Shown in pieces: positions 1-10,155 of a stretch of DNA of 64,000 nt (positions are counted from its first letter, which is position 1; every line of letters begins with the position of its first letter). The notes beneath the pieces were generated by a model. The model did not search any database, was not told the DNA's origin, and saw nothing but the letters and a program-made list of their open reading frames with translations. Origin of the DNA: an uncultured Desulfarculaceae bacterium (GTDB lineage Bacteria; Desulfobacterota; Desulfocorpusculales; Desulfocorpusculum); assembly GCA_964414345.1 (NCBI GenBank), contig CAYPWF010000009.1, forward strand, positions 5,321-69,320. Direction: 5' to 3'. A program made the position numbers and the translations under genes.

Positions 1-17
1 CAAGGCCAATCGGAGGA

Positions 18-45
18 TTGACACAGAAAGGGGAATCTGGATAAT
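18..45 (+). promoter_or_regulatory. Putative sigma70 promoter of the queA-tgt-yajC-secDF operon
   Basis: TTGACA at 18-23, 16-bp spacer, GATAAT at 40-45, directly upstream of queA. Confidence 0.5.
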
Positions 46-62
46 TGCAGCAATTGTCGGCC

Positions 63-1130
63 ATGAAACTAGAAGAATTGGATTATCATTTACCCGGGAA
101 TTTGATTGCCCAGTTCCCCTCCAGACGAAGGGACGAGTCCAGGCTGCTGGTGCTCAAAAAAGAAAGCGGGGAGACTTGGCACGGTCGTTTCAGGGATCTA
201 GTAGGATGGTTGAATGGTGACGATCTCCTGGTGGTCAACGATACAAAGGTTTTCCGGGCCAGGCTGTGGGGGCAGAAGCACACTGGGGGAAAGGTTGAGG
301 TCCTGCTTTGCGAGCCTCTTTCCGAAAGAGGGGAGCCTTTACCTCCCATCCTTGAAGCAGGGGCTTTCAAGAGCCTGACTTGGAAATGCCTGGTGAGGTC
401 CTCGGGACGGATCTTGGAGGGGACTCAGCTCAGCTTCGGTTCCAAAGCCAGAGGTACACTATATCGCGGGGCCGACTCTTGGATCATTGAGTTTACAGGG
501 GTGGGGGACCTGCTTTTTTTTCTTAGGAGGCACGGTCAAGTGCCTCTTCCCCCCTATGTGGCCCGTCGGCCTGACCGCAGGGACCAAAGCAGATATCAGA
601 CCGTGTTTGCAAAGAGGGAAGGTTCTGTGGCAGCCCCTACAGCAGGCCTTCATTTCAACAAAGCCGTGCTTCAAAAGCTTAAGCAGTTGGGTGTTGGATG
701 GGCCAACATAACACTTCAGGTGGGGATGGGCACCTTTTTGCCTGTTCGCACCGTAACCTTGGAGGAGCACCGGATGCACCCGGAGTATGTGGAGGTGAAC
801 GGTGCTTGCTGTGAAGCTTGGGTTAGGACTCGGCAACAGGGAGGTCGTGTAATAGCAGTAGGAACTACGGTGGTGAGAGCTTTGGAGTCAGCTGTTGGGC
901 AAAATGGCTTTTTGGCTCCTTACAAAGGCTTTACAAATCTTTTTGTAAAGCCGGGGTATTGCTTTAAGGCCGTGGATGCTCTCCTGACCAACTTCCACCT
1001 CCCTAGAACTAGTCTGCTTGCCTTGGTCATGGCTTTTGCCGGCAGGGATAAGGTAATAAAAGCCTATGGGGAAGCAATAGGCATGGGCTACAGGTTCTAT
1101 AGTTACGGGGATGCAATGTTCATTTCCTGA
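63..1130 (+). CDS. queA: S-adenosylmethionine:tRNA ribosyltransferase-isomerase
   Basis: DYHLP..IAQFP start, VPLPPY, YQTVFA..GSVAAPTAGLHF, TNFHLP, YRFYSYGDAM; ATG at 63 preferred over the track's TTG at 45. Confidence 0.97.
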   Translation: MKLEELDYHLPGNLIAQFPSRRRDESRLLVLKKESGETWHGRFRDLVGWLNGDDLLVVNDTKVFRARLWGQKHTGGKVEVLLCEPLSERGEPLPPILEAGAFKSLTWKCLVRSSGRILEGTQLSFGSKARGTLYRGADSWIIEFTGVGDLLFFLRRHGQVPLPPYVARRPDRRDQSRYQTVFAKREGSVAAPTAGLHFNKAVLQKLKQLGVGWANITLQVGMGTFLPVRTVTLEEHRMHPEYVEVNGACCEAWVRTRQQGGRVIAVGTTVVRALESAVGQNGFLAPYKGFTNLFVKPGYCFKAVDALLTNFHLPRTSLLALVMAFAGRDKVIKAYGEAIGMGYRFYSYGDAMFIS

Positions 1131-1138
1131 GCAGAAGA

Positions 1139-2344
1139 ATGATGGGAGAATTTTCGGGCAACCACTCAAGTCGGATTCATTTTGGAGAGCAAGGATTCCA
1201 GGTTCTTGCAGAAGATCTTGGGGGTTGCGGACGTGTGGGTGTATTGCGCACTCCTCACGGAGCCTTTACCACTCCGGCCTTTATTCCGGTGGGCACCCAA
1301 GCCACTGTAAAGGGCATGAGCCCTGAGGAACTGAGAGGTCTGGGGATCCAGATAATCCTTTGTAATGCTTATCACCTCCACCTGCGGCCAGGAGAAAAGC
1401 TCATAAAGGAACTGGGCGGGCTTCACCGCTTCATGAATTGGCCCGGGCCCATACTAACCGACAGCGGTGGTTACCAAGTTTTCAGCCTGGCCCCTTTGAG
1501 GAGGATCACGGATGAAGGTGTCTTCTTTAGATCTCACCTGGATGGGACCCCTCTTTTCCTGGGACCAGAGGATGCTGTGCGCATCCAAATCGACCTCGGA
1601 GTGGACTTGGCCATGTGCCTTGATGAGTGTATCCCCCACAATGCTTCACGTGAGTATGCGGAAGAGTCCACCAATAGGACTCTGAGGTGGGCCTTGCGCT
1701 GCAAGAATTCCATGGGGGAGAATTCAGGGGGCATGAGTCTTTTTGGAATCGTACAGGGGGGTCTTTTCCCAGAGTTAAGGCGCCGCAGCGCCCAAGAGTT
1801 GGTCCAGATAGGTTTCCAGGGCTATGCCATAGGTGGATTGAGCGTGGGGGAGTCCCCTGCCCAGAGGGTGGAGATGGTCCAGATGGCCTTGGAGAATTTA
1901 CCGGAGAATGCCCCCAGATACTTGATGGGAGTCGGCTCCCCTGAAGATCTGGTCAAGTTTGTCTCCATGGGAGTGGACATGTTTGATTGTGTTCTGCCAA
2001 CCCGCTGCGCACGAAACGGTCTTCTGTTCACGAGAAAGGGGAAACTGGACATAAGACATGCTCAGAATGCCCGTTCAGAGCTTCCATTAGAAGAATCCTG
2101 CGGATGTTACACTTGCACCCATTATTCAAGGGCCTATCTACGTCACCTTTATATGTCCAGGGAAATACTGGCGGCAAGGTTGAACACACTGCACAATCTT
2201 TTTTATTATGCACAGCTCATGAAGGAGTTGCAAAGGGCCATTAGTCAAGGACGGCTGGTTGAGTATCAGCGTGATTTCTTCAGGGAACGCACTTCTGAAG
2301 ACATAGGTCACAGCGATGTGAAAGGAAAGGAGGCAGTGGATTGA
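1139..2344 (+). CDS. tgt: Queuine tRNA-ribosyltransferase
   Basis: TPAFIPVGT, DSGGYQVFSL, GGLS, C-x-C-x2-C...H zinc site; follows queA. Confidence 0.97.
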   Translation: MMGEFSGNHSSRIHFGEQGFQVLAEDLGGCGRVGVLRTPHGAFTTPAFIPVGTQATVKGMSPEELRGLGIQIILCNAYHLHLRPGEKLIKELGGLHRFMNWPGPILTDSGGYQVFSLAPLRRITDEGVFFRSHLDGTPLFLGPEDAVRIQIDLGVDLAMCLDECIPHNASREYAEESTNRTLRWALRCKNSMGENSGGMSLFGIVQGGLFPELRRRSAQELVQIGFQGYAIGGLSVGESPAQRVEMVQMALENLPENAPRYLMGVGSPEDLVKFVSMGVDMFDCVLPTRCARNGLLFTRKGKLDIRHAQNARSELPLEESCGCYTCTHYSRAYLRHLYMSREILAARLNTLHNLFYYAQLMKELQRAISQGRLVEYQRDFFRERTSEDIGHSDVKGKEAVD

Positions 2345-2730
2345 TAGAAATCGCTTATGCAATGGGGCCGGGTGGTGCTCAGGGCGGGGGTCAAGCCTCC
2401 CCATGGGGGACCTTTATCATGTTGGGGGCGATCTTTGCTATTTTCTATTTTCTGATGATACGTCCCCAGCAAAAAAGGCAGAAACAACACCGGGAGATGC
2501 TGGCCAACCTCAAGAAAGGCGACACCGTGATAACAGGAGGCGGGCTCATAGGCAAGGTCACGGCAATAACCGACAGTGTACTTACTTTGGAAGTGGCCGA
2601 TAGGGTGAGGGTAAAAGTATTGCGTTCCTCAGTCTCCAACGTTTCTTCTCAGCCTCTTCTCGGCGAAACAGCCAACCGAAAAACAGATAAGAAGAAGGGC
2701 AAAGAGGAAGATGGGGAGAATCCGGAGTGA
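2341..2730 (+). CDS. yajC: Preprotein translocase subunit YajC
   Basis: FYFLMIRPQQKRQK, LKKGDTVITGGGLIG; lies between tgt and secD. Confidence 0.95.
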   Translation: MIEIAYAMGPGGAQGGGQASPWGTFIMLGAIFAIFYFLMIRPQQKRQKQHREMLANLKKGDTVITGGGLIGKVTAITDSVLTLEVADRVRVKVLRSSVSNVSSQPLLGETANRKTDKKKGKEEDGENPE

Positions 2731-2792
2731 GAGGTCTGGATCCTCTGTTGGTGCTGTGCGGACCTGTCTGGGAACTGTGAAGGAGCGCAAGA

Positions 2793-4397
2793 GTGATGAA
2801 AATAAACATTAGATGGAGAGGGCTTACCATCTTGGTGGTTTTGGTTCTCTGCGTTTTTTTTGTGGGGCCCTCTTTGATGAATGATTTGCCTGAGTTCTGG
2901 GAAAAGAACGCCCGGAAGATATCCCTTGGTTTGGATCTCCGAGGCGGGGCTCACCTACTTTTGCAAGTTAAGGTGGAAGAGGCTGTACGCAATTCCGTGG
3001 TACAGATCTCCGGGGACCTAAAGGATCTTCTGGTAAAGGAGAAGGTGCGTTTTGCCAAGATGGAGGCAAAAGAAAGAGACCTGGAGATCGTTCTGCTAAA
3101 GCCTGAACAAGAGGGGGACCTCATTAACTTGGTCTCCAAGCAATACCCGGGACTCAAGCGGGTTTCCTCAGGGACTGAGGATGGAAAACTCAAGGTCAGA
3201 TTCCAGCTATCCCAGGAAGAAGCTGATAGGATAAGGGAAAACGCCGTCCGTCAGGCGGTGGAGACCATCAGGAACCGCCTGGATCCAGAGGGAGTAAAAG
3301 AGCACGACATAGTGGCCCAGGGAGAAGATCGGATCCTGGTCCAGCTGCCTGGGGTGGAGGATGTGGAACACGCCAAGGAGATGATCAAGAGGGTCGCTCT
3401 GTTGGAATTCAAGATAGTGGATCGGGAACATTCTTTGGAGGAAGCTCTTCGAGGAAACCTGCCTGCTGACTCAGAGATTCTTTACACCTCCAAAGTGGAC
3501 CCGCAGACCAGAAGAAGAGTTCGCGGAGAGCCTATTCTGGTGAAAAAGCAGACCCTGCTTACAGGGGACATGTTGGATCAGGCCAGGGTTGAGTTCGAAT
3601 ACAACATGCCCAAGGTGGGCATAAGCTTCGACTCCAGAGGGGCCAAGCTCTTTGACCAGGTGGCGGAAGCCAATGTAGGCAAGGAATTGGCCATAATCCT
3701 GGACAATACGGTCTACTCCCATCCGGTAATAAAGCAGCGCCATTACGGGGGAAGGGCTGTCATAGAGGGGAACTTCACCCCAGAGGAAGCCCGCGATCTG
3801 GTGGTAGTTCTGAAGGCCGGCTCATTGCCTGCGCCTGTGGAAGTGGAAGAGGAGCGCACAGTGGGGCCTTCTTTGGGAAGGGATAGCATTCAGGCAGGAA
3901 TCACCGCCGGGGTGATTGGGGCCCTGGCGGTTGTTTTCTTTATGGCTTTCTATTACGGCACTGCAGGCCTGGTGGCTGATCTGGCCCTGGCATTCAACGT
4001 GCTAATCGTGTTGGCTGCCTTGGCAGTCCTTAAGGCTACCCTTACCCTTCCGGGCATAGCGGGAATAATACTAGGGGTGGGTATGGCTGTGGACGCCAAT
4101 GTGCTGATTTTTGAGCGGATCCGGGAGGAAATGAGGGCGGGCAAACCCTTCAGGCTGGCCGTGGATGCAGGCTTCTCCCGTGCCTTTTCAGCTATTTTTG
4201 ACTCCAATCTAACCACTCTCATAGCAGCAGCCTTGCTCTTCCAATTCGGCACAGGGCCGCTCAGGGGATTTGCCGTAACACTGTGCATCGGGCTTGTAGC
4301 AAACCTTTTTACAGCGGTCTGGGTCAGCCGGACCATCATCGATTACCTGCTTGGTCGCCGTAGGGTTATTGGAGTGGGTATCCGGATGGCAGGATAA
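2793..4397 (+). CDS. secD: Protein translocase subunit SecD
   Basis: LGLDLRGG, IRNRLD, GSLPAP..EERTVGPSLG, GMAVDANVLIFERIREE. Confidence 0.97.
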   Translation: MMKINIRWRGLTILVVLVLCVFFVGPSLMNDLPEFWEKNARKISLGLDLRGGAHLLLQVKVEEAVRNSVVQISGDLKDLLVKEKVRFAKMEAKERDLEIVLLKPEQEGDLINLVSKQYPGLKRVSSGTEDGKLKVRFQLSQEEADRIRENAVRQAVETIRNRLDPEGVKEHDIVAQGEDRILVQLPGVEDVEHAKEMIKRVALLEFKIVDREHSLEEALRGNLPADSEILYTSKVDPQTRRRVRGEPILVKKQTLLTGDMLDQARVEFEYNMPKVGISFDSRGAKLFDQVAEANVGKELAIILDNTVYSHPVIKQRHYGGRAVIEGNFTPEEARDLVVVLKAGSLPAPVEVEEERTVGPSLGRDSIQAGITAGVIGALAVVFFMAFYYGTAGLVADLALAFNVLIVLAALAVLKATLTLPGIAGIILGVGMAVDANVLIFERIREEMRAGKPFRLAVDAGFSRAFSAIFDSNLTTLIAAALLFQFGTGPLRGFAVTLCIGLVANLFTAVWVSRTIIDYLLGRRRVIGVGIRMAG

Positions 4398-4416
4398 AGG
4401 AGAAAGAGGAAGTCTC

Positions 4417-5355
4417 ATGGAACTGATCCGTTCAGACCTGAACATTGATTTTCTAAAGAGAAAATGGCTCTTCATGGGCCTTTCGGGGCTGCTTATTTTG
4501 GTGGGGGTGGTCTCTTTGGTAGCAAAGGGGGGGCCCGATTTTGGAATTGATTTTGCCGGCGGACTCTTGCTGGAAATTCGCACTCAGAAACCCGCCTCCA
4601 CCGGAGAGGTGCGGCAGGCCTTGGCGGAAAAAGGGCTTGGAAACGTTGTGGTGCAGAATGCCTGGGAGCTGGGGAAAGCCAGCGGACAGGATTTCCTGGT
4701 GAGGATGGACTTGGGGGAAGGAAAGCCTGAGGAATTCTCAAGGCTTGTACAGAATGCCCTTGAAGAACGATTTGGGAAAGGCGGCCTTGAAATCCGGCGT
4801 GTGGAGATGGTAGGCCCTAAGGTGGGCAAGGAATTGCAGCGCAAAGGCACATGGGCCGTTGTGCTGGCTCTCATTGCCATATTGGTTTATTTGGCCTGGC
4901 GGTTTGAGTTCAAATACTCCCTTGGGGCAGTGGTGGCCCTTTTCCACGATGTGATGATAACTTTGGGGGCCTTCTCGGTAACCGGGAGGGAGATCGACCT
5001 TCCCATAGTTGCAGCCTTTCTTACCATAGTCGGATATTCGGTCAACGACACCATAGTCATCTTCGACAGAGTCAGAGAGAACTTAAGAAAATACAGGAGA
5101 ACCCCCCTGGCAGAGATAATCAACCGAAGCGTGAATGAGACCCTCAGCCGCACGATTCTGACAGCCGGGACTGTTTTTGTGACCGATTTAGCTTTGTTTC
5201 TCTTCGGAGGAGGAGTGATTCACGATTTTGCTTTCGCACTTCTGGTGGGGATAGTGGCGGGAACTTACTCCACCGTGTTCATAGCCAGTCCGGTGGCCCT
5301 TGCTTGGGAACAACGTTTCGGAAGCAGGCGCGCCCCGGCAGGCAAGCTCGCGTAA
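4417..5355 (+). CDS. secF: Protein translocase subunit SecF
   Basis: GIDFAGG, VGPKVG, GYSVNDTIVIFDRVREN, ETLSRTILT; start placed at MELIRSD. Confidence 0.96.
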   Translation: MELIRSDLNIDFLKRKWLFMGLSGLLILVGVVSLVAKGGPDFGIDFAGGLLLEIRTQKPASTGEVRQALAEKGLGNVVVQNAWELGKASGQDFLVRMDLGEGKPEEFSRLVQNALEERFGKGGLEIRRVEMVGPKVGKELQRKGTWAVVLALIAILVYLAWRFEFKYSLGAVVALFHDVMITLGAFSVTGREIDLPIVAAFLTIVGYSVNDTIVIFDRVRENLRKYRRTPLAEIINRSVNETLSRTILTAGTVFVTDLALFLFGGGVIHDFAFALLVGIVAGTYSTVFIASPVALAWEQRFGSRRAPAGKLA

Positions 5356-5556
5356 ACCTGAAGTGAGTTGGGAAAATTTCGAACCTAACATATAATATCT
5401 TGACAGTTTTTTGAGTGTGTGCTAATGCAGGGAGCATGGATGGCCGGGGAGTCTCGGGACCACATCATGCTCTTGGGTGGACCTCGAGGCCAAGATCCCG
5501 AAAGACGGACCCAAGCTCTCTTAGGAGTGCGGGTCCTCAACCTATAAGGGGGTGTT

Positions 5557-7269
5557 ATGGCTCGAAAAGTTCTGCTGGCCGACGACAGCATTGCCGTGCA
5601 GAGGGCCGTTGAGGCAACACTCGAGCCCAAGGACTTCGAGGTTCTCTCGGTCTCCAGGGGCGCTGAGGTCATTCTGGAGGCCAAGAAACTTCATCCTGAT
5701 CTGATCCTGCTGGACGGAGACCTCTCGGATCTGAATGGTTATGAGGTCTGCCGTATGGTGAAGGAAGACCCTGATCTCATGTCCGTCCCTGTTATTATTA
5801 TGTCTTCCGGAGAGGATCCAGAGAGGGCCAGGGAGGCCGGGGCCGAAGCACAGCTGAGCAAGCCTTTCCAAGGAAATGATTTGCTTCAACAGGTTCTGGC
5901 TGTGGTGGACATGACCATGGAGTCCACCTTCAAGCTGGATACCTCTGAAATGGAGGTTCTGGAAACAGACGAGGAGGTTTCCCAAGAGGAGTTTGATCTT
6001 GGAGAACTTGAGCTGGACGACTCCATTTTGGAACTCACCGAGGAGTTGGATGAGCCGGGAGCTACTTTGGCCGACACTTCAGAGGGGGCTTTGGAAGGCT
6101 TGGATGAGTTGGATTTGGAAAGCACTGCCCAGGAGCCTTCCTCGGCTCGTCGCACTATAAAGACCGAGGAGTTGGAGGAATTATCCTTTGAAGAAGAAAT
6201 AGACGAGCTGGACCTGGGGGAGCTGGAGCTGGAAGGAGCCGAGGGTTTGGGCTCTATAGAAGAGGATGTGGGAGCAGGCTCAGCCAAAGAAGATCTTTTG
6301 GTCACTGACGAGGTGGAGTTGGGAGTGGATTTTGACGAAGAGTTTCCTCTGGAAAAAGGTGACCAAGCCTTAGATCAGACCCTTTTGGGGACTGAGGAGG
6401 AGGCCGCCGGCCTCATCTTGGACACCCAAGAGGGTCTCAAAGAGGAGACAGTTTCAGACAGCATCATTGATACTGATGAGCTTGAGGCCCTGGCCCTGGA
6501 TGAGGAAGAGACGCTTCTGTCCACCAACGGAGATACTCTTGCACCCCAAGGCCTGGAGGAGACAACTATCGAGTTTAGTGAGACAGAGGAGCTTGTAGAG
6601 ACGGGCCTGGAGGAAGTCGAGAAGGATATGAGAGTTTCCGGTATGATGGAGACTCTGGAGGAGGATGCGGGCCAATCCTTGGAGGAGACCTCTTTGGACT
6701 GGGAACAGACTGAGATATCCCTGGAGTCGGCTGAGGAGAGTTCCATGGGAGGTGGAGGGGCCGTGGAGACTCATCCTTTGCCTGGAGAGGGTACAGAGGC
6801 GAGACCGCCCAGCCTGGAGACCTTTGAGGAGCCTAAGGAACTCCGGGAAGAGCCCCTGGAGCTGAAACCAGCTATGGTTCAAGAGCAGATTCAGCGGGCA
6901 GCTGCAGTGCTGGAGCCTTTGGAGGAGGTAGGATTGGATGAGGAACTGGCGGCCCTTTCTGCTGCAAAGGAAGACACAGGAGTTCAGCCTCTTGAGATAT
7001 TGGAGCTGTCCTTGGCCCAGCTTCCTCCCCTTGCCCAAGGGCTTAGGCTGGAGCTGATGGAAGAAGATTTCGGACTGGTGGATCCTTTTTCAGAGGAAGG
7101 CATAAGAAGGGAGCTGGCTAGAAACCTTCAAGAGATGGTGGAAAGGATACTCTCCCAGATGGCCCCGCCAATAGTGGAAAGAGTGGCCCGCGCTGTGGCC
7201 TTGGAGCAAGCAGAAAGGATTGTTCTGGAGGAGATCGAGAAGATCAAACAGAGTTCCCAGAGGCCGTGA
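5557..7269 (+). CDS. Response regulator receiver with long acidic linker and RomR-like C-terminal helices
   Basis: Receiver motifs LADD, LILLD, SKPF; long E/D/L-rich low-complexity middle; C-terminal helical segment IVERVARAVALEQAERIVLEEIEKIK; immediately upstream of valS. Confidence 0.85.
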   Translation: MARKVLLADDSIAVQRAVEATLEPKDFEVLSVSRGAEVILEAKKLHPDLILLDGDLSDLNGYEVCRMVKEDPDLMSVPVIIMSSGEDPERAREAGAEAQLSKPFQGNDLLQQVLAVVDMTMESTFKLDTSEMEVLETDEEVSQEEFDLGELELDDSILELTEELDEPGATLADTSEGALEGLDELDLESTAQEPSSARRTIKTEELEELSFEEEIDELDLGELELEGAEGLGSIEEDVGAGSAKEDLLVTDEVELGVDFDEEFPLEKGDQALDQTLLGTEEEAAGLILDTQEGLKEETVSDSIIDTDELEALALDEEETLLSTNGDTLAPQGLEETTIEFSETEELVETGLEEVEKDMRVSGMMETLEEDAGQSLEETSLDWEQTEISLESAEESSMGGGGAVETHPLPGEGTEARPPSLETFEEPKELREEPLELKPAMVQEQIQRAAAVLEPLEEVGLDEELAALSAAKEDTGVQPLEILELSLAQLPPLAQGLRLELMEEDFGLVDPFSEEGIRRELARNLQEMVERILSQMAPPIVERVARAVALEQAERIVLEEIEKIKQSSQRP

Positions 7270-7325
7270 GGGGGAAAAGAGCCCGCGTTCACCCATTGGG
7301 CCATAGGCTCTGAGAAGGGATTACC

Positions 7326-7358
7326 GGGGGATTGAGGTCAGATCCCCCTTTCGTTTTT
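7326..7358 (+). terminator. Intrinsic terminator between the receiver gene and valS
   Basis: GGGGGAT-tgaggtcag-ATCCCCC followed by TTTCGTTTTT. Confidence 0.6.
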
Positions 7359-7410
7359 CCTAAAGATGATGATCCTATAAGGACCTTAGGCAGGCTTCGG
7401 AGTAAGGAGA

Positions 7411-10068
7411 ATGGGCACTGAACTTCCCAAGACATTCGATCCGCAAAAAATAGAGCAGAGGTGGTATACATATTGGGAACAGGAAGGACTTTTCAGGGCT
7501 GAGCCGGAAAAAGGCGGAATTGCCTATTCCATTGTGATTCCGCCTCCCAATGTCACCGGCTCCCTTCACATGGGGCATGCCCTCAACAATACACTTCAGG
7601 ACATTTGTGTTCGCTACAAGAGGATGGACGGCTTCAATGTATTGTGGATGCCGGGGACAGACCACGCAGGCATCGCCACCCAGAATGTGGTGGAAAAGCA
7701 GTTGGCCGCCGAAGGGCTCACCCGCCACGACATTGGTCGGGAAGAGTTTATAAAAAGAGTCTGGAAGTGGAAGGAGATTTATGGGGGCCAGATCATTCAC
7801 CAGCTGAAACGCTTGGGGGCTTCCTGCGATTGGAGCAGGGAGCGCTTCACCATGGATGAAGGACTTTCGAGAGCTGTAAGGGAAGTTTTTGTAAGGCTTT
7901 ATACGGACGGTCTCATTTACAAGGGTGACTACATAATCAACTGGTGTCCTCGTTGCTCCACAGCCCTTTCAGACTTGGAGGTGGAGCACCAGGAGCACGC
8001 CTCAAGCCTTTATTACGTGCGCTATCCTCTCAGGGAGGGTCCCGGATACATAGTTGTGGCCACCACCAGACCCGAGACCATGCTGGGGGATACAGCGGTG
8101 GCCGTGAATCCAGAAGACGAGCGATATCAGAGCCTGGTGGGCAAAACCTGCATACTGCCCCTTGTGGGACGAGCCATTCCCGTGATTGCAGACTCATATG
8201 TGGAGCCGGCTTTCGGCACAGGAGCCCTTAAGATCACACCGGCCCATGACCCAAATGATTTTGAAATAGGCCTGCGCCATGGGCTGGAAAAGGTCCGGGT
8301 CATAGACGAAGAAGGCCGAATGAACCGTAAAGCCGGGGCTTTCGCAGGAATGGACCGGGAGGAGTGCAGGAAGGCTGTGCTGGAAGCTTTGAGGCAGGAG
8401 GGTTTACTGGAAAAAGTAGAGCCTTACACCCATAAGGTTGGGCATTGTCAGAGATGCGCCACGGTGATTGAGCCAACCCTCTCCAAGCAATGGTTCGTAA
8501 AAGTGGAGCCCTTGGCCAAAGAAGCAATCCGGGCCGTTCGAGAAGGCAGGATTCGGATTATTCCGGGGAAATGGGAGAACGACTACTTCGCCTGGATGGA
8601 AAACATAAGGGATTGGTGCATATCCAGGCAAATTTGGTGGGGGCACAGAATCCCGGCCTGGTATTGCCGAAAGTGCGGGGATGTGACAGTGACCGGGCAA
8701 GATCCCAAGAGCTGTTCAAGTTGCGGCAGCCCCGATTTGGAACAAGAAAGCGACGTCCTGGACACATGGTTCAGTTCTGCCCTCTGGCCTTTTTCCACCC
8801 TTGGTTGGCCTGAGAAAACCCCAGAGCTGCAGTTCTATTACCCAACCAGTCTCCTGGTGACTGGCTTCGATATCCTGACCTTCTGGGTGGCCAGGATGAT
8901 AATGATGGGCCTTAAGTTCATGGGAGACGTACCTTTTAGAGATGTGTACATCCACGCCCTCGTCAGAGATATAGAAGGCCGCAAGATGAGCAAGTCCTTG
9001 GGCAATGTCATAGACCCTTTGGAGGTTATAGAGCAGTATGGAGCGGACGCTTTCAGATTTGCTCTGGCCGCCTTTGCAGCACAGGGTAGAGACATAAAGC
9101 TCTCCTTTGAAAGGGTGGAGGGTTATCGAAACTTTATGAATAAATTGTGGAATGCCGCCCGCTTTGTACTCATGAACCTGGATGAGCAACTTCCTCCAAG
9201 CTGGCCTATCCAAGGGGGAAAGCCTTCTTTGGTGGAGCGCTGGATTTTCAGCCGGCTTACAAGGACCATAATGGAGGTGAGGGAACACCTGGATTCCTAT
9301 CGTTTCAATGATGCTGCTGGGGCCATCTACCAGTTTCTTTGGCATGAGTATTGCGATTGGTTCTTGGAATGGATAAAACCCTCTCTCTATCGCCCCACTG
9401 AGGCCTTTGAAAAACAGAGTGCCCAGGCCGCAATGCTGGAAGTGCTGGTTCAGGTGCTGCAGGTGCTTCACCCTTTTGCTCCTTTCATAACCGAGGAGAT
9501 CTGGCATGCCATCCCAGGCATTGAAGGATCCATAATGAGCTGTAGGTTTCCCACACCTTCCAGGGAATTGCTGGATCCAGAGGCTGAAGCAGAGGTGCAG
9601 CTACTGCAGGCTGTAGTGGGCGGAATCAGAAACCTCAGGGCAGAGATGGGGATCCCTCCTGGGGCTAAGCTCAACGTGGTTTTGATCTCCCCGGCAGAAT
9701 TGGAAAACACCTTGAAGGCTCACCAAGAGATGATCTGTACCTTTGGGAAGGTCAAAGATCTCCTGGTGGATGCGAGGGCCTCAAGGCCGCCCATGGCTGT
9801 TTATTCCATAGCCGAGGGCGTGGAGATACACCTGCTCCTGAAAGGAGTCCTGGACCTGGACAAGGAACAAGATAGGCTCAGCCGTGAAAAGGAGCAGATA
9901 GAAAAAGAACTGGAGGCTGTAAGGGCTAAGCTGGCCAACCACGGGTTCGTGAAAAAGGCCCCTTTGGAGGTGGTGGAGAGGGTTAGAAACAAGGCCATGG
10001 ATCTGGAAAGCAAAAGCCGCAAGCTGGCCGAGGGAATACAGAGGCTCAAGGAAGTGGTGAGGGGTTAA
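7411..10068 (+). CDS. valS: Valine--tRNA ligase
   Basis: PPPNVTGSLHMGHA (HIGH), DWCISRQIWWGHRIP, KMSKS, C-terminal coiled-coil arm. Confidence 0.98.
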   Translation: MGTELPKTFDPQKIEQRWYTYWEQEGLFRAEPEKGGIAYSIVIPPPNVTGSLHMGHALNNTLQDICVRYKRMDGFNVLWMPGTDHAGIATQNVVEKQLAAEGLTRHDIGREEFIKRVWKWKEIYGGQIIHQLKRLGASCDWSRERFTMDEGLSRAVREVFVRLYTDGLIYKGDYIINWCPRCSTALSDLEVEHQEHASSLYYVRYPLREGPGYIVVATTRPETMLGDTAVAVNPEDERYQSLVGKTCILPLVGRAIPVIADSYVEPAFGTGALKITPAHDPNDFEIGLRHGLEKVRVIDEEGRMNRKAGAFAGMDREECRKAVLEALRQEGLLEKVEPYTHKVGHCQRCATVIEPTLSKQWFVKVEPLAKEAIRAVREGRIRIIPGKWENDYFAWMENIRDWCISRQIWWGHRIPAWYCRKCGDVTVTGQDPKSCSSCGSPDLEQESDVLDTWFSSALWPFSTLGWPEKTPELQFYYPTSLLVTGFDILTFWVARMIMMGLKFMGDVPFRDVYIHALVRDIEGRKMSKSLGNVIDPLEVIEQYGADAFRFALAAFAAQGRDIKLSFERVEGYRNFMNKLWNAARFVLMNLDEQLPPSWPIQGGKPSLVERWIFSRLTRTIMEVREHLDSYRFNDAAGAIYQFLWHEYCDWFLEWIKPSLYRPTEAFEKQSAQAAMLEVLVQVLQVLHPFAPFITEEIWHAIPGIEGSIMSCRFPTPSRELLDPEAEAEVQLLQAVVGGIRNLRAEMGIPPGAKLNVVLISPAELENTLKAHQEMICTFGKVKDLLVDARASRPPMAVYSIAEGVEIHLLLKGVLDLDKEQDRLSREKEQIEKELEAVRAKLANHGFVKKAPLEVVERVRNKAMDLESKSRKLAEGIQRLKEVVRG

Positions 10069-10155
10069 GCCGCATCATCCACCGCTACTGAATAAAGAGG
10101 GAAGGGGCTCAAACCCTTCCAGTCTCTTGGGAAATGCGGTTCAAGGAGGTCTGTG

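Noticed and set aside
5900-7000. Nucleotide-level repetitiveness as a possible CRISPR or tandem array
   Set aside because: Due to GAG/CTG codon runs in the acidic linker; no constant repeat-spacer periodicity. No CRISPR array, tRNA or rRNA was recognised anywhere in the window.
7270-7410. T-box leader upstream of valS
   Set aside because: Too short and lacks the T-box antiterminator consensus; only a simple terminator hairpin is present.
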